From the NCBI RefSeq assembly GCF_009914755.1, contig NC_060943.1: a stretch of 64,000 bases of DNA; one strand, 5' to 3'. This DNA is from the human T2T-CHM13v2.0 reference genome, Homo sapiens. Position 1 is the stretch's first letter; every line of letters starts with the position of its first letter. This document shows positions 1-13,557 of this stretch, one piece after another. Below the pieces are notes generated by a model. That model saw only the letters and a program-made list of their open reading frames with translations, did not search any database and was not told the origin of the DNA. Position numbers and translations under genes: made by a program.

Positions 1-1194
1 TGGGTATCTCTGGCTCTTTCTGCTCCTCTCTGTCCCTCATTTTCTTCCCCTTTCATTCTAGCTGGGATGCCCTGCCCTGCACAGCTTCCTCCACCCTTAG
101 GCCTTCCCCAGAAAACCCCTCTAACAAGGCTGGCTGTCCTGTTCCCTTCCTGCTCACACTGTGTCCTGGCCCACATCCCAGGCAACAGAGAAGGCACAGA
201 AATCAGCCGGAGCAGCCGCCCCTGCCGGGCTCCATCACGAGCCAATGTCCCCAAGTCAACAGGAGAATGAGCTTCCACTGTGTCCCCATCCAGGGCTCTT
301 TCCCCCAGTGAGGCCGACATGTGGAACAGGCCACGTGACAGGGACAAGCGACTCCTCCATACAGTCTCTACTGACTCACCAGGCAGTCAGAGGCAGGATG
401 ACAGGTCTGCTTTCCCCAAGGCCCAGAGGCTAATTTCATCCATTGACTTCCGTCCTCATCTTGGTGTGAGGCTCACATCCTCCAGTCATTCCCCAGGACC
501 TTCCCCAGGTGGAGCCGGCCAGGCAGGTGCTGTCTGATGGGTTTGCTGCCCATTCCACATACACTACTGTGTCCTCATGATGATGCCGTTGTCATAAGGT
601 GGGGTCCCTTGGACTGAGAAGTGCACCAGCCACTGGAGTCTCACATAGACTCTGCCCAGTTTAGATGAACTTAAACTCTCATTGTGTTTTCTCAGGTTAA
701 CAGGAGAGGAAGAAAGCATTTCACATGACTGTTTGGGGCTCCTTCCCTATTTGCCTAACTGCACAGGAATTAGGGGCAGGGAGCTCTTTCTAAATTTACT
801 AACATAACACACGTTGCTTCTAATTTGGCATCGTTCCTTCCTTTATGTAACTGACACACACCTAAGACTTCCTCTCCTACTGGTTCTATCCTCCTAAGAG
901 GACTCATATGCCTCTCTCTACTCAAGGAGTTGCTAATTTCAAACCAACTTCAGCATCTTCATTTGACGACAATATGATCCTGCTGGAATTCACAACACAC
1001 CTAAACCTTAGTATGTTATCAAGAAAAATACTACTTCCAGCCCTTGATCTTTGATCTTTAGGACATTAGTAACGATCTCCACTTATGGAAAAAATTAAAT
1101 GTTTCCCCCAAAGTTCTTTTATTTTTTACTATATTCAGAACATAACATGAGGTCTAAACTCCTGACAAACTTTTCAAAGCAAATTACAACACTA

Positions 1195-1431
1195 CAGGTC
1201 AAGCATCCCACATCCAATAATCCAAAATCTGAAATGCTCCCAAATCTAACACTTTTTGACCACTAAAGTGATGCTGAAAAGAAATGCTCACTGGAGCATT
1301 TTAGATTCTGGGTTTTCAAAATTAGGGTGCTAAACGGGTAAGTCTACTGCAAATATTCAAAAATCCAGAAACAGTCAGAAATCCAAAACACTTTTGGTCC
1401 TAAGCCTTATGCGTAAGTGATACTCAATCCG
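1195..1431 (+). mobile_element. Tigger4a/MER46A-like DNA transposon within an old L1 3' fragment
   Basis: TA-flanked, CAGGTC...AATCCG ends, internal AAATGCTC/GAGCATTT inverted motifs; paralogous copy at 46404-46633. Confidence 0.8.
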
Positions 1432-2534
1432 TATGAACTATAGGTACCAAGCTGTACAGCAAATCTCTAGAACCTCATCCTGTGTATAACTGAAAGCGCA
1501 CACCCATTGACTAACTCCCCATTCTGCCTCTCCCAATCCCTGGCAACCATGATTCTACTCTGATTCCATGAGTGTGACTACTCTAGGGACCTCATATAAG
1601 TGGAACCCTACAGTATCTGTCCTGTGAGTGACTTATTGCATTTAGCATAATGTCCAATGGGAGAAAATATTTGCAAAACTTCTCCTCAAATTTCTGTCTC
1701 ATATCTGTCAAACACACATGGTCCTTGAGAGTCAGATTTGCAGCATTTCATGCTCCCCCTTTCCACCACTCAGCTGTGCATTTGCAAACATCCACATGTG
1801 TTTATGGAGAGAGCCACAGGGTCCTCACCTGCCCTCCGCAGAGGGAGAAGAAACATTAAAGGCCAAAGAAAAGGAACACGGTTCTGCTGGGAAATTCAGG
1901 CAGCTCCTGCCTGTCCCCCTCACTGTCTTCTAGATCATTCTCTGAATTCTGCTCTATCTGTAGGTGTCACAGGCTCAAGTCAGTCATTATTAAACACCTG
2001 GGAAAAACTGCCCCACCTGTGGTTCCACTGCCTGATGACCGAACTGACCTCCAGGCTTGCCCCTGGTGTCCCCTGTGTTATTTCTGCTGAAAGGTCCAAT
2101 CCCAGGCCAGGCTGCACAGTATCCTTGGGGTTTAAGGACAATAAGAAGTCCCATCATCACCCATCTCTAGAATGTCCTTAGAAAAGGAAGCCACACAGAA
2201 AATACAGCTAGGGGGGCAAAGTAGGACTAAAGCTTGAAAAGACCCAGCACCTGAATGTTTCAGGTGAGGACTCCAAGGGAAGCCAGGCAGGCAGCTGGTC
2301 AGGGAGAAACCAGGAGAAGCACAAGGGGCTGTGACCCCGGGTCCTGTGTCTGTCCATGACCCAATGCTGCTGCTCAATTCACACTTGAGAAAGACTGTGC
2401 TTCTCCCACACAGAGCAGGTGATCTCACACAATCTCAGCCCTCAAATCATCGTGCATCTGTTGTGTGACACACACACCTGCCAGGGGCTTTTAAGGACTC
2501 AAGGGGGCTGAGAGGTGAGAGATGCCAACTCTGA

Positions 2535-2966
<432 letters not shown>

Positions 2967-3321
2967 TAAGGACTCAGACCCTCACCCAGGCTGGCCATGA
3001 CTTCCTGCCCTGAGCAAACCTGGGCAGACCAGGCCTTGACCAAGAATGGGAGGGGAGGGGCTGTCTCCTGTGCTACTTCTGCTCAAACACCCATTCCCAT
3101 CATCACTCATCTCCAGGATGTCCTTAAGGCTCAGGGTTCACATTTTCTGATGGGAGAAACAGGTGAATGTCTCAGACTTTGGCTCAGGGGACATAGCGGG
3201 GGTTTGGTTGAGACTTCAGGGTTGTGACATGGCTCAGGGGGACACCGTGGCCCTTCCACAGACCAGGAACTTATGCTTCCCTCTGACAACATCACCTGTG
3301 GCTTTATTCTCTTTCCTCCAG

Positions 3322-3576
3322 ATGGCCCAGATGGCCCCACCATTTCCCCCTCAAAGGCCAATTACCGTCCAGGGGAAAATCTGAACCTCTCCTGCCACGC
3401 AGCCTCTAACCCACCTGCACAGTACTCTTGGTTTATCAATGGGACGTTCCAGCAATCCACACAAGAGCTCTTTATCCCCAACATCACTGTGAATAATAGC
3501 GGATCCTATATGTGCCAAGCCCATAACTCAGCCACTGGCCTCAATAGGACCACAGTCACGATGATCACAGTCTCTG
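3322..3576 (+). CDS. CEACAM6: CEACAM6 exon 4, IgC2-like B domain (YGPDGPTISPSKANY...TMITVS)
   Basis: 255-nt exon, ctccag| acceptor and |gtaagt donor; matches CEACAM6 B domain; residue 239 is Gly (GGC, 3333-3335). Confidence 0.97.
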
Positions 3577-5143
3577 GTAAGTGGATCCATGAAGCACTAG
3601 CATCACATTTTCAGGTGGAGTCTGGCTCTCAGAGAAGAGCCAGGAAGAAATTTTCTTTCCCAACCTGTGTCCAAGGGGCACACGCAAATCCCAAATTCTC
3701 CCCTGAACCCTCCCAATTCACCTCTGCAGACTCTTTTCCCCTTGTTTTTTTGTTTTTTGTTGTTTTTTGTTTTTTGATTTCTCATGTCTGACTTTGGGTC
3801 CATCCTGGAATGAGAGGAGGGGGCTCCCTCAGCACTGAGCCCTGTGTAGTGAAAGGGGCTTCACAGAGAAAAAAGGAGGAAGGGTCCTCAGGGTCAAGTT
3901 CCTGCTCTCTGTCACCAACAATTCCCTTTCTGTCACTTCTTTGTGTTCTTTTACCTACTCCATAAGCTACAAGGGACAAGGAGGTTTTGAAATGAGCTCA
4001 CACTTTTTCCTTAAATGAGAAGAGGAAGCCCCTTGGGTGATGGAGGAGCAGCTCAGACTCTGCCCCCATCTCTGCTCCCAGCACCCCCAGTGACTGACTG
4101 ACCCCACCCTGAAGCCACCTAAGGTGGAACCAGGGCATATGGAGAAGGTGCCCAGGTGTCTGTCCTGAATCAGGCTAAATCAAGATGCTAATCAACACCA
4201 AAGCCTCCCCTGGATCAGGCCGCAGGAAAATGGGAAGACATGGAGCCTCATGACAGACTGCTGAGCTGTGTCCTGGCTCTGAAGTCACTGGCTGTATAAG
4301 ACTGTGGGCACAGCACATGGGACACAGCACAGAGGACAGCAAGTGACGCACACTTGGAGACATAGGGAGATTCAGCCATGGGGACTCTGCATGGCAGGGA
4401 AGGGGCAGTGCCAAAAAGTGTGTATTTATAGAGAGGATAAGACTACCAGCCACTATGTATCTAATATAGGACTTACCTTTTCAACCCTTCCACGTGTGCA
4501 GGTCCGTAGTATTAAACACATTCCCGTTGTTCTGCTACCATCACCACCACCCACCCACAGAACTCTCTTCTTCCTCCCAAAATGAAACTCTGTTCCCATC
4601 AAACTCCTGGGCAGAGCTGCCCACCTGTGACCCACAGCCTGACCCCTGAACTCACCTCTAGACTTGCTTCTGGTCTCCCGCTCAAACCCCCATCCCCATC
4701 ATCACCCATCTCCAGGATGTCCTTAAATAGCAAAGCCTCAGAAAAAACACACCTTGGCTGGGTGGTGTGGGACTGTGCAGCTGAAAGAAACAGCACCTGC
4801 ATGTTCCAGGTGAGTACCCCAAAAGACCAGGCAGTCAGCCAGTCAGGGAAGAAACAGGAGAGGTGCCAGAGGCTGTGGCTGTCAGTCCTGTATCTGCCCA
4901 AGACTCAATGCTTCTGCCCTATTCACATTTGAGAAAGTCTGTACTTCTCCCACACAAAGCAGGTGGCCTCGATCTCCGAGCCCTCAGATCGTTGTGCATC
5001 CGTCTTCTGACACACACACCTGCCCTGGGCTCTTAAGGACTTGGGTGGACTGAGGGGTGGGAGATGCCAACTCTGATTGAACGATGCCTGCAGAGGAATC
5101 AAAGGTGCCACACAGGGCAATCTTCTCTCTGTTTTCTGCACAG

Positions 5144-5193
5144 CGGAGCTGCCCAAGCCCTCGGTCACTAGCAACAACTCCAACCCTGTAGAG
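5144..5193 (+). pseudogene. Truncated second A-domain (A2-like) exon remnant in CEACAM6 intron 4
   Basis: Intact acceptor identical to exon 3; encodes [16 protein letters not shown], then switches abruptly to antisense L1; upstream ~4595-5143 duplicates ~2005-2601. Confidence 0.88.
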
Positions 5194-6235
5194 TTTTCTA
5201 CATATAAGTTTAAGTTATCTGTGAACAGAGATAATTTTACTTCTTTCCGATTTGGATGTCTGTTTATTTGTTTGTTTGCTGCCTAATTTCTCCAGCTAGG
5301 ACTTAAAATACTATGTTGAAGAGAAGTGGGGCAAGCAGGCATCCTTGTCTTGCTCCTGGTCTTACAGGGAAAGCTTTCAGTCTTTCTCCATTGAGTATCC
5401 CTCTATTATGTTGAGGTGGTTTCCTTCCATTCACAGAGTGTTTTTATTTATAAAAGAATGTTGAATTTTGTCAAATGCTTTTATTGGCTAAATCTTATTA
5501 CTAATTATAGGTCTATTCAGATTTTTTTGTGTGTTCCAGGAATTTGTCCGTTTCATCTAGGTTATCCAATTTGTTGGCATACAATTATTTACCGCACTCT
5601 TTTAATCTTTATTATTTCTGTAGAATTGGTAGCAATGTCATCAATTTTTTTGAGAGTAGGTCTCACTCTGTAACCCAACCCAAGCTGGAGTGCAGTGGCT
5701 TGATCATAGCTTACTTGCAGGCTGAACCCCCTGGGCTCAAGTGATCCTCCTACCTCAGCCTCCTGAGTAGCTGGGACTACAGGCATATGCCATCATGCCT
5801 GGCTAGTTTAAAAAAAAAAAAATGTGGAGACTGTGTCGCCCTATGTTGCATAGGCTGGTCATGACTTTCTGGCCTCAAGCAACCCTCATCCTCTGACCTA
5901 CCAGGGTGCTGGAATTAAAGGTGTGAGCCACCATGCCCCCATTTTCATTTCTGATTTTAGTAATCTGAATCTTCTCTTTTTTTCTCAGTCAACCTAGTAA
6001 ATGATTGTCAATTTTGTTGATCTGTTTTGAAGAACCAACTTTTGGTTTCATTGACTCCCTTTATTGTTTTTATAGCCTCCATTTTATTTATTTCAGTTAT
6101 AATTCTTATTGTTTCCTTCATTCACTATCTTTGGGTTGATTTTGTTCTTTTTCTATATCCTGAATTTGTAAAGTTAGGTTGTTGATTTGAGGTCTCTCTT
6201 TAATGTAAGTATTTACCACTATCAATTTCTTGCAC
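5190..6235 (-). mobile_element. Old L1 (L1M) ORF2 fragments with an AluJ inserted at ~5645-5940
   Basis: Antisense L1 ORF2 phrases (gggcaagcaggcatccttgtcttgctcctg, aagaaccaacttttggtttcattg). Confidence 0.8.
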
Positions 6236-7535
6236 AAGATTCTTAACTTCTCTGAGCCTTCAATTCTTCAACTGAAAATTGCAATAATTCTCATCACTAA
6301 GAAATGGGTGGAAAAAATGAAAATTGAAATAACAATGCCTGTTTCATAGTATCGTTTTGAAGATTTAATGTAACATTTGATTAAGCCTTCAGCAAAATGC
6401 CACACACAAAGAAAAGCTTCACAAATATTAGCTATTATTATTACTACTGTTACCATTAACCTTAAAGTCAGGTAGTCCTAGAGTCAAATTCTAAATCCAC
6501 TTGTCACTAACCATGTGACTTTGGATAAGTTTTCTCATCACCCTAAGCCTCTGTCTTTTCATCTGTAAAATGGAAATAATGTCTACCCAAGAGAGTTACT
6601 GTATAAATCAAATGAGATACAGGTAAAGTATTTAGCACAGGGCCTGGTATCTAGGACATGCCCCTCAACAGTAGCTAACCTAGCATTAACCATCGCACTG
6701 AGATGACTGGTGAGGGCTAAGCACCAAATGGAAACTCACTAGGACATGGTTACTGGCTAAACATGGGAGAGAGGAAAAACAGTGCAAAGAATCAAGCCTG
6801 GTATGTTAGCTTTCATCCACTGAGATGCAGCCAAGATGGGATTAGAGGTACAAGATAATTCACTGGGTAAAACAGCCATGAGGGAAGGTGGAGCAGCAGT
6901 GACAGGAGAGCCTAAGAGAGCCCTCAGACCACGATGCAGATCTCATTCCTGAGAAGGAGAAAGAGAAGGAGGGAAGTTTTACATAGCAGTGCAGTTCTGA
7001 GTTTCCCCAAGACCGATGGGGAGTCCTTGAACCCCTCACCCATGAGAGTGAAGCAGGGTCTCACAGACCTGGGCTTGCTTTCTTTCCCCTGGTGGGAGCC
7101 CATGGGAAGTGAGTTCTCTGTGCAAAGAACATAGTAAATTCAGAATGCACTAGCCTGGGCCTTCTGTCCATCAAGTCCCTGCCATAGAGCTCCAACAGGC
7201 TCTTATTCATGGCTGCCACAATTGAGACACTGAGAAAAAGATGCAAACATAAAAATATAGAAAGTTCTAATGACATGCAAAAATAGCAATCAGACTTTCT
7301 CAAATTTTCAAAGCCTTCAAAAATGTCTGAGTGCAGAAAGAACAGGATGAAATTGACAGAAGACTGATCACCAACCTAGAAACGTGGTAAGAGAGAAAAA
7401 AAATTGCAACTTTCCCACAAAACTAGTGTATTCCTTGAAGGAACAAGTCAAGCCTACTTCATGTTGACAGCTAGTTCTTGGGGACCCCACTGTAGAATAA
7501 CATCACCTTCATTCCTTCTCTCTTCTTCCCACAAG

Positions 7536-7612
7536 GAAGTGCTCCTGTCCTCTCAGCTGTGGCCACCGTCGGCATCACGATTGGAGTGCTGGCCAGGGTG
7601 GCTCTGATATAG
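7536..7612 (+). CDS. CEACAM6: CEACAM6 exon 5 coding part, GPI-anchor signal GSAPVLSAVATVGITIGVLARVALI*; exon continues to 7652
   Basis: Pyrimidine tract + cacaag| acceptor, TAG at 7610-7612, donor ggcag|gtatga at 7653. With the family-standard 64+360 nt upstream exons the CDS is 1035 nt = 344 aa. Confidence 0.96.
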
Positions 7613-8077
7613 CAGCCCTGGTGTATTTTCGATATTTCAGGAAGACTGGCAGGTATGATCGCCTTTCCTCTTGCCATGTTTCCTGCAGGGCTGACCACCA
7701 TGCTTGGGAAAGGAAAAAAACTTCTTCACCTGTATCTGGGACTGGATCTCCTTCTACCGCTAAACTCCTGCTTCTCAGCACTAATTCCTGCAGGTCTCTT
7801 CTTCCCTGGTCTTCATGCTCCCTGTACCCCACTGTCTCCTAGATATAATTATCCCCAGCCTCTGCTCATTTGTTTCCTAGAGTCAATACATTGTCAAAGC
7901 CTCTTCGTCCTTTTTCAACATCTCTCACTTTTGTCAGTCTCTCCATTCCCATCAACCTCAATAATTGTTCAACATCCTGCTTGACCCCTTGTTGTAAGGT
8001 TGGAATCCTTCTTGCATATGACTGCCTCATTATCTTCCTAAAATCTAGTTCACTCACCTACTTAAGGAGCCAAAGGG

Positions 8078-8444
<367 letters not shown>

Positions 8445-9419
8445 TTACTTCCTTTCCCTCTACTTCCCAGTATAATTCCTCCATCTTAATTAGAATCTGA
8501 CTCTCTACACATCCCTGCCCCTTTACCCCGGATGCACATAGAATTCTTAGTTTCAATGTTACACCTAAAAACAGGGTGATCTCCCCTCCACTACCTGCCC
8601 TGTGGACTTACTCACACCCTTCATCACAAGCAACCTCTTATTTCATGGAGAACACAGACTGTGTAGTATTAATATGTGAACTTTGGACACATCCTGCATG
8701 TGGCTGAGAACCTTTTCCTGACAATCAATTCATGTGTTCATAACAGATACAGAAATGAAGAAGGCAAGGTCCCTACCCCCAGGGAACATAAAGCCCAAGA
8801 CAGGAGATAAGACCTGAAAAATAATCATGATACCAAAGTAGAAAGGAGCGAATGCCACAAAAATTCAGATAAATCTGATGGGAAATATAGCTACACATTG
8901 GAATCACTCCGAAACATTTTTAAAAACGGATGCTCAAGCCCCAACCATAAATTCTGATCTACTGATCTGGAGTGGGACCCAGGCATTGGTAATTTTTAAG
9001 CCTCTCCAGACGCTACTAATGTGTAGCCACGATGGAGGATCCCTGTTCTAATAGGTAGGACTTGGGGCTAAACCCATGGTTTTTAGCTAGGAGGATTAGA
9101 ATTACCTCTGGAGCTTTTTCAACATACATGGGCCTATACTTTGTTGGCCTAATTCATTAATGGGCTCCACCAAGAACTCAGTAATCTAACTGAGAAACAG
9201 AAACTAAAAGGAAAAGCCGCCTTATTTGATATGTTACATTATATGGGAAGCACTGTCAAATGATAAGTGATGCTAAACCTTCTCTAAGTTATATTTATGG
9301 TTATGTTATTGATGTGAGTGTTCCAAAAATTATAAGAGATTCCCAGAAATCTAACAGATTATAAGCCATAATGTCATATGCCACAGAAGTAACTAAATGT
9401 CTATGGGAGATGCATTCTT

Positions 9420-10178
9420 TTTTTATTTTTATTTTTATTTATTTTTATTTTTTTTTATTGATCATTCTTGGGTGTTTCTCGCAGAGGGGGATTTGGCAGG
9501 GTCATAGGACAATAGTGGAGGGAAGGTCAGCAGATAAACAAGTGAACAAAGAAACAAGTGAACAAAGGTCTCTGGTTTTCCTAGGCAGAGGACCCTGCGG
9601 CCTTCCGCAGTGTTTGTGTCCCTGGGTACTTGAGATTAGGGAGTGGTGATGACTCTTAACGAGCATGCTGCCTTCAAGGATCTGTTTAACAAAGCACATC
9701 TTGTACCGCCCTTAATCCATTTAACCCTGAGTGGACACAGCACATGTTTCAGAGAGCACAAGTTTGGGGGTAAGGTCACAGTTCAACAGGATCCCAAGGC
9801 AGAAGAATTTTTCTTAGTACAGAACAAAATGAAAAGTCTCCCATGTCTACTTCTTTCTACACAGACACGGCAACCATCCGATTTCTCAATCTTTTCCCCA
9901 CCTTTCCCCCTTTTCTATTCCACAAAACTGCCATTGTCATCATGGCCCGTTCTCAATGAGCTGTTGGGTACACCTCCCAGACGGGGTGGTGGCCAGGCAG
10001 AGGGGCTCCTCACTTCCCAGTAGGGGCGGCTGGGCAGAGGCGCCCCTCACCTCCCGGACGGGGCGGCTGGCCGGGCGGGGGGCTGACCCCCCCACCTCCC
10101 TCCCGGACGGGGCGGCTGGCCGGGCAGAGGGGCTCCTCACTTCCCAGTAGGGGCGGCCGGGCAGAGGCGCCCCTCACC
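9420..10178 (-). mobile_element. 5'-truncated SVA retrotransposon (VNTR remnant + SINE-R + poly(A))
   Basis: Antisense SINE-R and GC-rich VNTR units; perfect 16-bp TSD TGGGAGATGCATTCTT at 9404-9419 and 10179-10194. Confidence 0.95.
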
Positions 10179-10269
10179 TGGGAGATGCATTCTTATCATA
10201 ATGAACTCTCATCAGATGTTTAACCATACTCATTTTCAATCTTTGTCATTCACTGACAATTGTTTTTTG

Positions 10270-10600
<331 letters not shown>

Positions 10601-11029
10601 GACAATTATTTTGATTCTTCCTTCCTTAAAGCATTTGCAATCAGCTACCATCCAAAATTGCTTCTTCATTGAGGATATTTACAGAAAATACTCCGACATG
10701 TACTCTTGAATACAAGTTTCTGATAACATTAAAATCATACCATTAGACTATTTAAGAATTTCCAAAATTTTAACAAACTGATAGCTTCATGAAACTGCCA
10801 ACCAAGAGCAAGCAGAGAATTCATTTCATGAGACTAAAAGAAAATAATGAAAATAATATTTTTATGATTTTTTATTTGAAATTTTGTGGATTCTTTGTTT
10901 TGTTTCCCAGATTTCAGGAAACATTTTTTCTTTCAAGCTATCTAGAGCTTCAACAATTTTGCGAACAAAAATTGAAACATCTATATTTTCTCCCTACCTG
11001 ACTGCTCCAGAATTCGGAAATTATTCATG

Positions 11030-11260
11030 AATATTTATATGTTTATAATAATATCGTTATTTGCACAAAAAATATAGTTATTAATATTGTTATAAAATAA
11101 TTATTATTGATAAACAATTATTTGATGATCATTATTTAATAATTTATTAATATTTATTAATAAATTAATAATTATTATTTAACGACTAATTGTAATTGTT
11201 AATTAATATTAATATTATATAATAAATATAATAGTATAGTTATTTGCTCAATAAAAATCT
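11030..11260. repeat. AT-rich low-complexity tract
   Basis: Almost only A/T, irregular TAA/ATT repeats. Confidence 0.85.
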
Positions 11261-11479
11261 GCTCCCTTTATAACAGGATACATTTGAAAACACTGGTTAT
11301 ATTACCCAGGCTTTGATTGGGATGTTATATTTGGGAATATACATAGATGAACCCATAGGCACTGCTGGCAAAGTCTGAAGTCGGCCTTGGTTTGGCTTCC
11401 TCATGTCAAGAGGTTTCTAAAAGTTTAATCTGAGATTCCTTATAAAAACTTCCTGTAAAACAAACTTGAAAAGACCCCA

Positions 11480-11930
<451 letters not shown>

Positions 11931-12151
11931 CTATGTGGTCACCTGCTACTCTTGTTGCACTTATATAAAGAATGAGGCCAAGTTCGATGAGACTAAACTT
12001 ATTTGGAAAACAAATATGTCTTACTGGGATTATCTTTGGTAGAAATAAAGATGCCTATGAAGAGAAAAATTATGTTGAAAAAAACTATAGTACACCTGTT
12101 ATGACATCACAGCTCTGCTTATTGTTTTTTATTTTCATTATCCACCTATAG

Positions 12152-13557
12152 ATTGGACCAGACCCTGAATTCTTCTAGCTCCTCCAATCCCATTTTATCC
12201 CATGGAACCACTAAAAACAAGGTCTGCTCTGCTCCTGAAGCCCTATATGCTGGAGATGGACAACTCAATGAAAATTTAAAGGGAAAACCCTCAGGCCTGA
12301 GGTGTGTGCCACTCAGAGACTTCACCTAACTAGAGACAGGCAAACTGCAAACCATGGTGAGAAATTGACGACTTCACACTATGGACAGCTTTTCCCAAGA
12401 TGTCAAAACAAGACTCCTCATCATGATAAGGCTCTTACCCCCTTTTAATTTGTCCTTGCTTATGCCTGCCTCTTTCGCTTGGCAGGATGATGCTGTCATT
12501 AGTATTTCACAAGAAGTAGCTTCAGAGGGTAACTTAACAGAGTATCAGATCTATCTTGTCAATCCCAACGTTTTACATAAAATAAGAGATCCTTTAGTGC
12601 ACCCAGTGACTGACATTAGCAGCATCTTTAACACAGCCGTGTGTTCAAATGTACAGTGGTCCTTTTCAGAGTTGGACTTCTAGACTCACCTGTTCTCACT
12701 CCCTGTTTTAATTCAACCCAGCCATGCAATGCCAAATAATAGAATTGCTCCCTACCAGCTGAACAGGGAGGAGTCTGTGCAGTTTCTGACACTTGTTGTT
12801 GAACATGGCTAAATACAATGGGTATCGCTGAGACTAAGTTGTAGAAATTAACAAATGTGCTGCTTGGTTAAAATGGCTACACTCATCTGACTCATTCTTT
12901 ATTCTATTTTAGTTGGTTTGTATCTTGCCTAAGGTGCGTAGTCCAACTCTTGGTATTACCCTCCTAATAGTCATACTAGTAGTCATACTCCCTGGTGTAG
13001 TGTATTCTCTAAAAGCTTTAAATGTCTGCATGCAGCCAGCCATCAAATAGTGAATGGTCTCTCTTTGGCTGGAATTACAAAACTCAGAGAAATGTGTCAT
13101 CAGGAGAACATCATAACCCATGAAGGATAAAAGCCCCAAATGGTGGTAACTGATAATAGCACTAATGCTTTAAGATTTGGTCACACTCTCACCTAGGTGA
13201 GCGCATTGAGCCAGTGGTGCTAAATGCTACATACTCCAACTGAAATGTTAAGGAAGAAGATAGATCCAATTAAAAAAAATTAAAACCAATTTAAAAAAAA
13301 AAAGAACACAGGAGATTCCAGTCTACTTGAGTTAGCATAATACAGAAGTCCCCTCTACTTTAACTTTTACAAAAAAGTAACCTGAACTAATCTGATGTTA
13401 ACCAATGTATTTATTTCTGTGGTTCTGTTTCCTTGTTCCAATTTGACAAAACCCACTGTTCTTGTATTGTATTGCCCAGGGGGAGCTATCACTGTACTTG
13501 TAGAGTGGTGCTGCTTTAATTCATAAATCACAAATAAAAGCCAATTAGCTCTATAAC
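12152..13557 (+). other. CEACAM6: CEACAM6 terminal (3'UTR) exon
   Basis: Acceptor cacctatag|ATTGGACCAGACCC; continues the recalled mRNA junction ...GACTGGCAG-ATTGGACC; AATAAA at 13533-13538. Confidence 0.9.

Noticed and set aside
9371-10150. ORFs of 64-126 aa
   Set aside because: Standard SVA SINE-R/VNTR translations
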